Notes: generated by a model not told the origin, from the letters alone. Shown: positions 45,001-58,206, counted from the stretch's first letter. The stretch: DNA of 64,000 nt from Eledone cirrhosa (GCA_964016885.1 OZ024743.1:174902001-174966000), one strand, 5' to 3'. Made by a program: numbers and translations.

Positions 45001-48000
45001 TGATGTAGGTATTCTTTGATAGACTGTACCTGTTATATAAGATGAAGGTAGTCTTTGATATACTGTACCTGTTATATATGATGTAGGTAGTCTTTGATAT
45101 ACTGTACTTGTTATATAGGAAGTAGTCTTTGATATACTGTACCTGTTATATAGGATGTAGGTAGTCTTTGATATAGTGTAACTGTTATATAGGATGTAGA
45201 TAGTCTTTGATACACTGTACCTGTTATATGGGATGTAGTCTTTGATATAATGTACCTGTTATATAGGATGTAGGTAGTCTTTGATACACTGTACCTGTTA
45301 TATAGGATGTAGGTAGTCTTTGATATACTGTACCTGTTATATAGGATGTAGGTAGTCTTTGATATACTGTACCTGTTATGTAGGATGCAGGTAGTCTTTG
45401 ATATACTGTACCTGTTATATAGGATGTAGGTAGTCTTTGATATACTGTACCTGTTATATGGGATGTAGGTAGTCTTTGATGTACTGTACCTGTTATATAG
45501 GATGTAGGTAGTCTTTGATATACTGTACCTGTTATATAGGATGTAGGTAGTCTTTGATATACTGTACCTGTTATATAGGATGTAGGTAGTCTTTGATATA
45601 CTTTACCTGTCATATAGGATGTAGGTAGTCTTTGATATACTGTACCTGTTATATAGGATGTAGGTTGTCTTTGATATACTGTACCTGTTATATAGGATGT
45701 AGGTAGTCTTTGATATACTGTACCAGTTATATAGGATGTAGGTAGTCTTTGATATACTGTACCTGTTATATAGGATGTAGGTAGACTTTGATATACTATA
45801 CCTGTTATATAGGATGTAGGTAGTCTTTGATATACTGTACCTGTTATATAGGATGTAGATAGTCTTTGATATACTGTACCTGTTATATAGCATTTAGGTA
45901 GTCTTTGATATACTGTACCTGTTACATAGGATGTAGGTAGTCTTTGATATACTGTAACTGTTATATAGGATGTAGTCTTTGATATACTGTACCTGTTATA
46001 TAGGATGTAGTTAGTCTTTGATATACTGTACCTGTTATATAGGATGTAGTCTTTGATATACTGTACCTGTTATATAGGATGTAGGTAGTCTTTGATATAG
46101 TGTAACTGTTATATAGGATGTAGATAGTCTTTGATGCACTGTACCTGTTATATGGGATGTAGTCTTTGATATACTGTACCTGTTACATAGGATGTAGGTA
46201 GTCTTTGATATACTGTACCTGTTATATAGGATGTAGGTAGTCTTTGATATACTGTACCTGTTATATAGGATGTAGATAGTCTTTGATATACTGTACCTGT
46301 TATATAGGATGTAGTCTTTGATATACTGTACCTCTTATATAGGATGTAGGTAGTCTTTGATATACTGTACCTGTTATATAGGATGTAGTCTTTGATATAC
46401 TGTACCTCTTATATAGGATGTAGGTAGTCTTTGATATACTGTACCTGTTATATAGTAAGTAGTCTTTGATATAGTGTACCTGTTATATAGGATGTAGGTA
46501 GTCTTTGATATACTGTACCTGTTATATAGTATGTAGGTTGTCTTTGATATACTGTACCTGTTATATAGGATGTAGGTAGTCTTTGATATACTGTACCTGT
46601 TATATAGGATGTAGGTAGTCTTTGATATACTGTACCTGTTATATGGGATGTAGGTAGTCTTTGATATACTGTACCTGTTATATAGGATGTAGGTAGTCTT
46701 TGATATACTGTACCTGTTACATAGGATGTAGGTAGTCTTTGATATACTGTACCTGTTATATAGGATGTATGTTCGTTTGATATACTGTACCTGTTTAATA
46801 GGATGTAGGTAGTCTTTGATATACTGTACCTCTTATATAGGATGTAGGTAGTCTTTTATATACTGTACCTGTTATATAGGATGTAGGTAGTCTTTGATAT
46901 ACTGTACCTGTTATATAGGATGTAGGTAGTCTTTGATATACTGTACCTGTTATATAGGATGTAGGTAGTCTTTGATATACTGTACCTGTTATGTAGGATG
47001 TAGGTAGTCTTTGATATACTGTACCTGTTATATAGGATGTAGGTAGTCTTTGATATACTGTACCTGTTATATAGGATGTAGGTAGTCTTTGATGTACTGT
47101 ACCTGTTATATAGGATGTAGGTTGTCTTTGATATACTGTACCTGTTATACAGGATGTAGGTAGTCTTTGATATACTGTACCTGTTATATAGGATGTAGTC
47201 TTTGATATACTGTACCTGTTATATAAGATGTAGGTAGTCTTTGATATACTGTACCTGTTATATAGGATGTATGTAGTCTTTGATATACTGTACCTGTTAT
47301 ATAGGATGTATGTAGTCTTTGATATACTGTACCTGTTACATAGGATGTAGGTAGTCTTTGATATACTGTACCTGTTATATAGGATGTATGTTCGTTTTGA
47401 TATACTGTACCTGTTATATAGGATGTAGGTAGTCTTTGATATACTGTACTTCTTATATAGGATGTAGGTAGTCTTTGATATACTGTACCTGTTATATAGG
47501 ATGTAGGTAGTCTTTGATATACTGTACCTGTTATATACGATGTCGATAGTCTTTGATATACTATACCTGTTATATAAGATGTAGGTAGTCTTTGATATAC
47601 TGTACCTGTTATATAGCATGTAGGTAGTCTTTGATATACTGTACCTGTTATATAGGATGTAGGTAGTCTTTGATATACTGTAACTGTTATATAGGATGTA
47701 GTCTTTGATATACTGTACCTGTTATATAAGATGTAGGTAGTCTTTGATATACTCTACCTGTTATATAGGATGTAGGTAGTCTTTGATATACTGTACCTGT
47801 TATATAGGATGTAGGTAGTCTTTGATATACTGTACCTGTTATATAGGATGTAGGTAGTCTTTGATATACTGTACCTGTTATATAGGATGTAGGTAGTCTT
47901 TGATATACTTTACCTGTCATATAGGATGTAGGTAGTCTTTGATATACTGTACCTGTTATATAGGATGTAGGTTGTCTTTGATATACTGTACCTGTTATAT

Positions 48001-51000
48001 AGGATGTAGGTAGTCTTTGATATACTGTACCTGTTATATAGGATGTAGGTAGTCTTTGACATACTGTACCTGTTATATAGGATGTAGGTAGACTTTGATA
48101 TACTATACCTGTTATATAGGATGTAGGTAGTCTTTGATATACTGTACCTGTTATATAGGATGTAGATAGTCTTTGATATACTGTACCTGTTATATAGCAT
48201 GTAGGTAGTCTTTGATATACTGTACCTGTTACATAGGATGTAGGTAGTCTTTGATATACTGTAACTGTTATATAGGATGTAGTCTTTGATATACTGTACC
48301 TGTTATATAGGATGTAGGTAGTCTTTGATATACTGTACCTGTTATATAGGATGTAGTCTTTGATATACTGTACCTGTTATATAGGATGTAGGTACTCTTT
48401 GATATAGTGTAACTGTTATATAGGATGTAGATAGTCTTTGATGCACTGTACCTGTTATATGGGATGTAGTCTTTGATATACTGTACCTGTTACATAGGAT
48501 GTAGGTAGTCTTTGATATACTGTACCTGTTATATAGGATGTAGGTAGTCTTTGATATACTGTACCTGTTATATAGGATGTAGTCTTTGATATACTGTACC
48601 TCTTATATAGGATGTAGGTAGTCTTTGATATACTGTACCTGTTATATAGTAAGTAGTCTTTGATATAGTGTACCTGTTATATAGGATGTAGGTAGTCTTT
48701 GATATACTGTACCTGTTATATAGTATGTAGGTTGTCTTTGATATACTGTACCTGTTATATAGGATGTAGGTAGTCTTTGATATACTGTACCTGTTATATA
48801 GGATGTAGGTAGTCTTTGATATACTGTACCTGTTATATGGGATGTAGGTAGTCTTTGATACACTGTACCTGTTATATAGGATGTAGGTAGTCTTTGATAT
48901 ACTGTACCTGTTACATAGGATGTAGGTAGTCTTTGATATACTGTACCTGTTATATAGGATGTATGTTCGTTTTGATATACTGTACCTGTTATATAGGATG
49001 TAGGTAGTCTTTGATATACTGTACCTCTTATATAGGATGTAGGTAGTCTTTTATATACTGTACCTGTTATATAGGATGTAGGTAGTCTTTGATATACTGT
49101 ACCTGTTATATAGGATGTAGGTAGTCTTTGATATACTGTACCTGTTATATAGGATGTAGGTAGTCTTTGATATACTGTACCTGTTATGTAGGATGTAGGT
49201 AGTCTTTGATATACTGTACCTGTTATATAGGATGTAGGTAGTCTTTGATATACTGTACCTGTTATATAGGATGTAGGTAGTCTTTGATGTACTGTACCTG
49301 TTATATAGGATGTAGGTTGTCTTTGATATACTGTACCTGTTATACAGGATGTAGGTAGTCTTTGATATACTGTACCTGTTATATAGGATGTAGTCTTTGA
49401 TATACTGTACCTGTTATATAAGATGTAGGTAGTCTTTGATATACTGTACCTGTTATATAGGATGTAGGTAGTCTTTGATATACTGTACCTGTTATATAGG
49501 ATGTATGTAGTCTTTGATATACTGTACCTGTTACATAGGATGTAGGTAGTCTTTGATATACTGTACCTGTTATATAGGATGTATGTTCGTTTTGATATAC
49601 TGTACCTGTTATATAGGATGTAGGTAGTCTTTGATATAGTGTACCTGTTATATAGGATGTAGGTAGTCTTTGATATACTGTATCTGTTATATAGCATGTA
49701 GGTAGTCTTTGATATACTGTACCTGTTATATAGGATGTAGGTAGTCTTTGATATACTGTACCTGTTATATAGGATGTAGGTAGTCTTTGATATACTGTAC
49801 CTGTTATATAGGATGTCGATAGTCTTTGATATACTATACCTGTTATATAGGATGTAGGTAGTCTTTGATATACTGTACCTGTTATATAGCATGTAGGTAG
49901 TCTTTGATATACTGTACCTGTTATATAGGATGTAGGTAGTCTTTGATATACTGTAACTGTTATATAGGATGTAGTCTTTGATATACTGTACCTGTTATAT
50001 AGGATGTAGGTAGTCTTTGATATACTGTACCTGTTATATAGGATGTAGATAGTCTTTGATATACTGTACCTGTTATGTAGGATGTAGTCTTTGATATACT
50101 GTACTTGTTATATAGATTGTAGGTAGTCTTTGATATACTGTACCTGTTATATAGGATGTCGGTAGTCTTTGATATACTGTACCTGTTATATATGATGTAG
50201 GTAATCTATATATTCTGTACCTGTTATATAGGATGTAGTCTTTGATATACTGTACCTGTTATATAGGATGTAGATAGTCTTTGATATACTGTACCTATTA
50301 TATAGGATGTAGGTAGTCTTTGATATACTGTACCTGTTATACATGATGTAGGTAGTCTTTGATATACTGTACCTGTTATATAGGATGTAGGTAGTCTTTG
50401 ATATACTGTACCTGTTATAGATGATGTAGGTAGTCTTTGATATACTGTACCTGTTATATAGGATGTAGTCTTTGATATACTGTACCTGTTATATAGGATG
50501 TAGATAGTCTTTGATATACTGTACCTGTTATATAGGATGTAGGTATTCTTTGATATGCTGTGCCTGTTATATAGGATGTAGGTAGTCTTTGATATACTGT
50601 ACCTGTTATATAGGATGTAGGTATTCTTTGATATGCTGTGCCTGTTATATAGGATGTAGGTAGTCTTTGATATACTGTACCTGTTATATAGGATGTAGTC
50701 TTTGATATACTGTACCTGTTATATAGGATGTAGGTAGTTTTTGATATACTGTACCTGTTATATAGGATGTAGGTAGTCTTTGATATACTGTACCTGTTAT
50801 ATAGGATGTAGGTAGTCTTTGATATACTGTACCTGTTATATAGGATGTAGGTAGTCTTTGATATACTGTACCTGTTATATAGGATGTAGGTAGTCTTTGA
50901 TATAGTGTACCTGTTATATAGGATGTAGGTAGTCTTTGATATACTGTACCTGTTATATAGGATGTAGGTAGTCTTTGATATACTGTACCTGTTATATATG

Positions 51001-54000
51001 ATGTAGGTATTCTTTGATATACTGTACCTGTTATATAGGATGTAGGTAGTCTTTGATATACTGTACCTGTTATATAGGATGTAGGTAGTCTTTGATATAC
51101 TGTACCTGTTATATAGGATGTAGGTATTCTTTGATATACTGTACCTGTTATATAGGATGTAGGTAGTCTTTGATATACTGTACCTGTTATATAGGATGTA
51201 GGTAGTCTTTGATATACTGTACCTGTTATATAGGATGTAGTCTTTGATATAATGTGCCTGTTATATAGGATGTAGGTAGTCTTTGATATACTGTACCTGT
51301 TATATAGCATGTAGGTAGTCTTTGATATACTGTACCTGTTATATAGGATGTAGGTAGTGTTTGATATACTTTACCTGTTATATAGGATGTAGTCTTTGAT
51401 ATACTGTACCTGTTATATAGGATGTATGTAGTCTTTGATATACTGTACCTGTTATATAGGATGTAGATAGTCTTTGATATACTGTACCTGTTATATAGGA
51501 TGTAGTCTTTGATATACTGTACCTGTTATATAGGATGTAGGTAGTATTTGATATACTGTACCTGTTATATATGATGTAGGTAGTCTTTGATATACTGTAC
51601 CTGTTATATAGGATGTAGGTAGTCTTTGATATACTGTACCTGTTATATAGGATGTAGGTAGTCTTTGATATACTGTACCTGTTATATAGGATGTAGGTAG
51701 TCTTTGATATAGTGTACCTGTTATATAGGATGTAGGTAGTCTTTGATATACTGTACCTATTATATAGGATGTAGGTAGTCTTTGATATACTGTACCTTTT
51801 ATATATGATGTATGTATTCTTTGATATACTGTACCTGTTATATAGGATGTAGGTAGTCTTTGATATACTGTACCTGTTATATAGGATGTAGGTAATCTTT
51901 GATATACTGTACCTGTTATATAGGATGTAGGTATTCTTTGATATACTGTACCTGTTATATAGGATGTAGGTAGTCTTTGATATACTGTACCTGTTATATA
52001 GGATGTAGGTAGTCTTTGATATACTGTACCTGTTATATAGGATGTAGGTAGTCTTTGATATACTGTACCTGTTATATAGGATGTAGGTAGTCTTTGATAT
52101 ACTGTACCTGTTATATAGGATGTAGTCTTTGATATAATGTGCCTGTTATATAGGATGTAGGTAGTCTTTGATATACTGTACCTGTTATATAGCATGTAGG
52201 TAGTCTTTGATATACTGTACCTGTTATATAGGATGTAGGTAGTGTTTGATATACTTTACCTGTTATATAGGATGTAGTCTTTGATATACTGTACCTGTTA
52301 TATAGGATGTATGTAGTCTTTGATATACTGTACCTGTTATATAGGATGTAGATAGTCTTTGATATACTGTACCTGTTATATAGGATGTAGTCTTTGATAT
52401 ACTGTACCTGTTATATAGGATGTAGGTAGTATTTGATATACTGTACCTGTTATATATGATGTAGGTAGTCTTTGATATACTGTACCTGTTATATAGGATG
52501 TAGGTAGTCTTTGATATACTGTACCTGTTATATAGGATGTAGGTAGTCTTTGATATACTGTACCTGTTATATAGGATGTAGGTAGTCTTTGATATAGTGT
52601 ACCTGTTATATAGGATGTAGGTAGTCTTTGATATACTGTACCTGTTATATAGGATGTAGTCTTTGATATAATGTGCCTGTTATATAGGATGTAGGTAGTC
52701 TTTGATATACTGTACCTGTTATATAGCATGTAGGTAGTCTTTGATATACTGTACCTGTTATATAGGATGTAGGTAGTGTTTGATATACTTTACCTGTTAT
52801 ATAGGATGTAGTCTTTGATATACTGTACCTGTTATATAGGATGTATGTAGTCTTTGATATACTGTACCTGTTATATAGGATGTAGATAGTCTTTGATATA
52901 CTGTACCTGTTATATAGGATGTAGTCTTTGATATACTGTACCTGTTATATAGGATGTAGGTAGTATTTGATATACTGTACCTGTTATATATGATGTAGGT
53001 AGTCTTTGATATACTGTACCTGTTATATAGGATGTAGGTAGTCTTTGATATACTGTACCTGTTATATAGGATGTAGGTAGTCTTTGATATACTGTACCTG
53101 TTATATAGGATGTAGGTAGTCTTTGATATAGTGTACCTGTTATATAGGATGTAGGTAGTCTTTGATATACTGTACCTATTATATAGGATGTAGGTAGTCT
53201 TTGATATACTGTACCTTTTATATATGATGTATGTATTCTTTGATATACTGTACCTGTTATATAGGATGTAGGTAGTCTTTGATATACTGTACCTGTTATA
53301 TAGGATGTAGGTAATCTTTGATATACTGTACCTGTTATATAGGATGTAGGTATTCTTTGATATACTGTACCTGTTATATAGGATGTAGGTAGTCTTTGAT
53401 ATACTGTACCTGTTATATAGGATGTAGGTAGTCTTTGATATACTGTACCTGTTATATAGGATGTAGTCTTTGATATAATGTGCCTGTTATATAGGATGTA
53501 GGTAGTCTTTGATATACTGTACCTGTTATATAGCATGTAGGTAGTCTTTGATATACTGTACCTGTTATATAGGATGTAGGTAGTGTTTGATATACTTTAC
53601 CTGTTATATAGGATGTAGTCTTTGATATACTGTACCTGTTATATAGGATGTATGTAGTCTTTGATATACTGTAACTGTTATATAGGATGTAGATAGTCTT
53701 TGATATACTGTACCTGTTATATAGGATGTAGTCTTTGATATACTGTACCTGTTATATAGGATGTAGGTAGTCTTTGATATACTGTACCTGTTATATAGGA
53801 TATAGGTAGTCTTTGATATACTGTACCTGTTATATAGGATGTAGGTACTCTTTGATATACTGTACCTGTTATATAGGATGTAGTCTTTGATATACTGTAC
53901 CTGTTATATAGGATGTAGGTAGTCTTTGATATACTGTACCTGTTATATAGGATGTAGGTAGTCTTTGATATACTGTACCTGTTATATAGGATGTAGGTAG

Positions 54001-54086
54001 TCTTTGATATACTGTACCTGTTATATAGGATGTAGGTAGTCTTTGATATACTGTACCTGTTATATAGGATGTAGGTAGTCTTTGAT
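1..54086. repeat. 39-bp tandem satellite array (>=54 kb, open at left window edge; roughly 1,400 units), with 35-bp variant units lacking GGTA
   Basis: Consensus GATATACTGTACCTGTTATATAGGATGTAGGTAGTCTTT repeats head-to-tail throughout with point variants; GATGTAGTC marks 35-mers; array ends at ...GTAGTCTTTGAT 54086. Confidence 0.99.
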
Positions 54087-54535
54087 TCAGTGAACCTGTT
54101 TCCAGCGCATCTCCCTTACCATCCTCCGGGGAAACGCCTTCTCCTTTCTGTCCGCTGGGGCTGGAGCAGGCCAGCACGTGGGAACCTATTTGCAACACAA
54201 ATCGTCTATATTCCCACTGGGAGTATATTTTGCCCTGTCAACAACAGAAGTAAACCTCTATTGAACAAGTTAACAGAAAAATTTCAAAGATATCTCTTAT
54301 TATTAATTTAGTTTACATATATCCTATTTATTATATAACATATGGGATTTCTAGTAAAGTATGTTTTTGTTATGTATAACGTCTTTTAATGTATAAAAAT
54401 AATTGTCGTTGGAATGCTACCATTTAAAATTTCGCCGGAGATAAATTTCCAAAATTTAATGTTGAAAAAAATCTGAAAATATAATAAGCCGGGAAGGGGT
54501 GATTATTCGAGATCTGAGAGTATATACTTCTGAAA

Positions 54536-54845
54536 GCACGTGTCATATTGGTTAGTGTGTCAGTCTAATGATCTTAAATCGTGAGTTTGATTTCCTGCAG
54601 CCCGGTATATCCTTGAGCTACAAATTATATTTCTCGTTCCTCTAGTCGAATTGGCTGGGGAAAATGAGTTGTAACTGTAAACCAATATATTAGTCTCACA
54701 TTGTGCCACGTTGAATCTCCCTGAGAAATACGTTAAAGAAACATGTATCTGTTGAATGCTCAGCTACGAGCACGATGATTTGGGAGCAAACTATTCTGTT
54801 GGTTGAATAACACAAACACTCATCGATGGTACCGACGGTGGTCCA
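54536..54845 (+). mobile_element. decayed tRNA-derived SINE (cephalopod-type family B)
   Basis: Degenerate A box (TATTGGTTAG), B box (GAGTTTGATTTC), CCTTGAGC core-like motif; 3' part GTTGAATCTCCCTGAGAAATACGTTAA...ACCGACGGTGGTCC is similar in reverse complement to 55848-55950. Confidence 0.55.
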
Positions 54846-54870
54846 GTATATATATGCCGTGTCTTATTAT

Positions 54871-55066
54871 GGTTTCTGATTTCGGCACACAAGGCCAACA
54901 ATTTTGGGGGAGGGGAAAGTCGATTAAACCGAGTCCAGTGCATTACTGGTACTTTATTTTATCGACTCCCATAAGGATGAAGAGCAAAGCTAATCTCGCC
55001 GAGATTTGAACTCTGTCATAAAGCATGTTGTCCGACACTCTACTGACACTCCCAATCCACCGCCCT
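54871..55066 (-). mobile_element. tRNA-derived SINE (family A), near full length, with degenerate target-site duplication
   Basis: Minus strand AGGGCGGTGGATTGG...GAGTTCAAATCTCGGCG (B box)...TCATCC...GTCGATAAAATAAAGTACCAGT...CCTTGTG; four related copies elsewhere in window; flanks TGCCGTGTCTTATTAT (54855-54870) and TGCCGTCTCTAATAT (55067-55081). Confidence 0.8.
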
Positions 55067-55734
55067 TGCCGTCTCTAATATTGAACCTATATATTTTCCA
55101 TTATCAGAACGTTGGTAAAAAATAAAAATAACTTTCTACATCCATACTACAGCCATAGTAAAAATATCCCCAATTTTGTTGGTTTTCTGTAAAATTCTTA
55201 GACCTTCATCCAATAAACGTATACTAAATTTATCTATCTTGATGATACTATCTAGTTATTTAGGGATCCTGTGAGGTTGTGTGTTGGTTCGGAAGATTAT
55301 ATATAGTAGTGGTGGAATTTATTCTCTTTGTGAGTCTTTACGGTGCCATAAATTTATAAAGAGCTAAACTTTCCTAATAATAAAACAATTGCTTTTATCA
55401 CTTTTGTTATATATTACAATGTTATCGTTAGTTTTCACATCCTACGAAGCTAGCTTTTATTATATGTAAAAGTGATAAGGAGCATCTGTTTGTTATTTTC
55501 AAACAAACAAAAAAACAAAAAACGAATCGAAAACAATAGAAAATTTAACAATATTCTGATAACAGAAAATTCATTAAAATTAGAAAAGACAATGATACAC
55601 AAATGAAAATTAAATTCCATAAATTAATTCCCGCTTCAAATACTTTAATGGGATCTCTTTCCTTCCAATACTGATGATAAGTTTAGCTCTAAGTGTATTT
55701 ATGGCACCAGAAAGTCTTCCAAAGAAAATCCCAG

Positions 55735-55805
55735 TCACACACATACACACTCACATTCACATTCACAGTCACACACAGATATATAACATCACAAATAAAC
55801 ACACC
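55735..55805. repeat. degenerate (CA)n-rich low-complexity tract
   Basis: TCACACACATACACACTCACATTCACATTCACAGTCACACAC. Confidence 0.6.
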
Positions 55806-55847
55806 AACTCACAGAATTTCTAAACAACTAGATGAAATGAAATGGAC

Positions 55848-55950
55848 CTTAGTCGGCAACGGCGATGAGTGTTCCGTTTGTTCAATCAACGGAAGAGCCT
55901 GCTCATGAAATTAACGTGGAGGCAGGTGGCTGAGAATTTCTCAATCACAT
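55848..55950 (-). mobile_element. 3' fragment of SINE family B
   Basis: GTCGGCAACGGCGATGAGTGTTCCG...CAACGGAAGAGCCTGCTCATGAAATTAACGTG...GGCTGAG is reverse-complement similar to about 54750-54840. Confidence 0.5.
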
Positions 55951-56658
55951 CGCGGGGAAATTTTGTCATTATATTTTGTCAACATATTTTGTCATCCTAT
56001 TTTGGAACTGTGTCAATGACCAGGTCACAAAGACTGTGACAAAAGTTTTGATATCAAGAAACCAAAAACCCTGGTATTGCAGCTCGCAATGCAGAGACAG
56101 GGAAGACAAGCAAATACCAGAGCTTCTCCGGCCGCTTCTTCTTTGCATCGGTCACCGTCGAGATCTCAGGTGTCCTCGGACCCGTACAGCTGACCTCCGT
56201 AAAATCATATTGATAGCAGCCCATCTGAGGGATGATTCCCCGTGGTGGTGTGACTGTTGCAGCGTGTGTTGCTGGCCATTGTCCGCGGAAATGCCTTTGC
56301 CATTTTGTCCGTGTGGTGCAGCCGAAACACCGCTCTGGCCTAGGTATAGAGTCTGTCGCCCTCTCCCCATTCCCCTTTCTTTCTTCCTTTGTCTAGTAAT
56401 CTTTGTTCTTTCCCCCTTTTCCTTTAATTTATGGCCTTTATAGTCCTTTCCAATGCTGCTTTCTTCTTCTGTATGTTTAACCAAATAAAAATGTCTGTAT
56501 TATTTTTAAAAAATTATAAATGTAAAGTGAATTTAACAATTTTCTTTAGTGTTTTTAATGGTTAAAATAACTCTGCCACGATGTAATTGCGTAAATATGA
56601 ACACCGGGTCTCAAATCAAGTCACTTGCCAAGTACTAATCCCAAATGATAATAATATT

Positions 56659-56866
56659 GGTTTCTAATTTAGGCACAAAACCAACAATTTATGTGGGGGG
56701 GGGGTCGATTTATTCGACCCCAGTGCGTGACTGGTGCTTTATTTTATCGGTGCTGTAAGAATGAAAGGCAAAGCTAACCTCGGCGGGATTTGAACTCAGA
56801 TCGTAAAGAGACGTAACTATGCTGGAAAGCATGGCGTCCGACTCTCTACCTATACTGCCAATCCAA
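56659..56866 (-). mobile_element. tRNA-derived SINE (family A)
   Basis: Plus strand GGTTTCTAATTTAGGCACAA...GTCGATTTATTCGACCCCAGTG...ATGAAAGGCAAAGCTAACCTCGGCGGGATTTGAACTCAG...ACTGCCAATCCA; homologous to 54871-55066 and 58055-58206; flanked by TAATAATA on both sides. Confidence 0.8.
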
Positions 56867-57173
56867 CTAATAATAATACATACAACAACAATAATACAAA
56901 GCCAGTATAATATATCTCACAGAGATATGGAGAAAATATTCGATTATAAACATCTGGAAATACAGATAACCCGGGGTTTGAAAACAAAAATGATCCCTAT
57001 AATAGGTGTCTTGGGAATGATTTAAAAAAATTCTCAGATATGCATCACCAAGCCCCATGATTTAAAATAGCTCTTCTAGACACTGCACTTTCAATACAAT
57101 TGGAACAAGAACAACAAAATATACCATTGTACATACTCAAGATACTCAAGACTATGCTAGGTAATGCAATCAC

Positions 57174-57218
57174 TCCAGTGTATTACTGGTACTTTATTTT
57201 ATCGACCCCGTAAGGATG
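57174..57218 (-). mobile_element. internal fragment of SINE family A
   Basis: TCCAGTGTATTACTGGTACTTTATTTTATCGACCCCGTAAGGATG is nearly identical to 59272-59316. Confidence 0.75.
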
Positions 57219-57370
57219 TATGCGTATATTTGTATGACTATTTATGTGTGTGTGTATACACGTGGATATGTGTGTATGCTTCTGGGCGTGCATGTGTGAA
57301 CGTAAGCACACAAGCTACTCTGTATGTATCTGTCAGTATCTCTGTGTCTGTGTGTGCGAGTGGGTGTGTG
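57219..57370. repeat. degenerate (TG)n/(TATG)n microsatellite
   Basis: TATGTGTGTGTGTATACACGTGGATATGTGTGTATG...TGTGTGCGAGTGGGTGTGTG. Confidence 0.7.
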
Positions 57371-57792
57371 AGCTGACAAACAGCAGTAATTTTGCCAACC
57401 GGGCAGTGGGGGAGTGACAGCTCACGCCTTGACGGACAGTGGGCTGCTACCAGTGGTCAGAATAATGATGACGTCACTAACCAGTGACCAACCCAAGGAC
57501 GCGCAAAGCGGATGAAGGTAAACAATGTAGGCCTGTAGGACCAGAAAACCCCAGAAAGAGGATATGCTCCGAAATCAATAGACGTGTCCGAGGAACCTGC
57601 GAATCTAGAGTCAGGTCGATCCACGCACAGATCGCACCTCGAGCTGTTCGCCGGGAAAACAATTGTAATACAGAATAAATTAGGCTCCGATGCATCACTT
57701 CTATCACTCCGATGCATCACTTCTGCACAACCGAGGCATACCGCCTATGGAAGCATCTTAGCTACCATTAGACATATATGTATATATATATA

Positions 57793-58035
57793 TCACCTTG
57801 ATCACCTTGATTGTTGGGCGCCAAACGGCGCTGCTGGTCACAGCACGTCGTGCTGTTTTAGCCATAAGATAACGCCATCCCATTGGCTGGGCGGGCAGGC
57901 CGGTTCTCATTTCTACAGCTAAGTAAACTGGAGCAACGTGAAATAAAGTGTCTTGCTCAAGGTAACAACACATCACCCGGTCCGAGAATTGAACTCACAG
58001 CCTTTCGATTGCAAGCCAACCACTAAGCCATGCGC
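57793..58035 (-). mobile_element. tRNA-derived SINE with CORE-like central motif, between (TA)n tracts
   Basis: Minus strand GCGCATGGCTTAGTGG (A box)...GAGTTCAATTCTC (B box)...CCTTGAGCAAGACACTTTATTTCACGTTGCTCCAG; (TA)n at 57775-57792 and 58036-58052. Confidence 0.75.
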
Positions 58036-58054
58036 ATATATATATATATATAAT

Positions 58055-58206
58055 TGTTTCTACTTTTGGCACAAGGCCAGCAATGACCCCGTAAGGATGA
58101 AAGGCAAAGTTAACCTCGGCGGGATTTGAACTCAGATCGTAAAGGGACATAACTATGCTGGAAAGCATGTCCGACCCTCCACCGATAACTGCCAATTCAC
58201 CGCCCT
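58055..58206 (-). mobile_element. tRNA-derived SINE (family A) with internal deletion
   Basis: Minus strand AGGGCGGTGAATTGGCAG...CTGAGTTCAAATCCCGCCGAGG...TCATCCTTACGGGGTC joined directly to ATTGCTGGCCTTGTGCCAAAAGTAGAAAC; the central segment present in the 54871 and 56659 copies is missing. Confidence 0.8.

Noticed and set aside
159-54086. Dozens of long minus-strand ORFs (YNRYSISKTTYIL and ITGTVYQRLPTSY repeats, up to 720 aa)
   Set aside because: A 39-bp unit is 13 codons and happens to lack stops in two minus frames; 35-bp variants shift frame freely, there are no unique termini, and variants show no obvious synonymous bias
1-54086. CRISPR array or telomeric repeat interpretation
   Set aside because: Units are contiguous with no unique spacers, no cas genes, eukaryotic context; no TTAGGG-type short repeat
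1-54086. Ribozyme within the satellite monomer (weak dyad TACCTG...TAGGTA)
   Set aside because: No CTGANGA or GAAA core on either strand of the consensus; the dyad is short and imperfect
57960-58206. tRNA genes suggested by A/B boxes
   Set aside because: The boxes belong to SINE heads; no cloverleaf, and they continue into SINE body sequence
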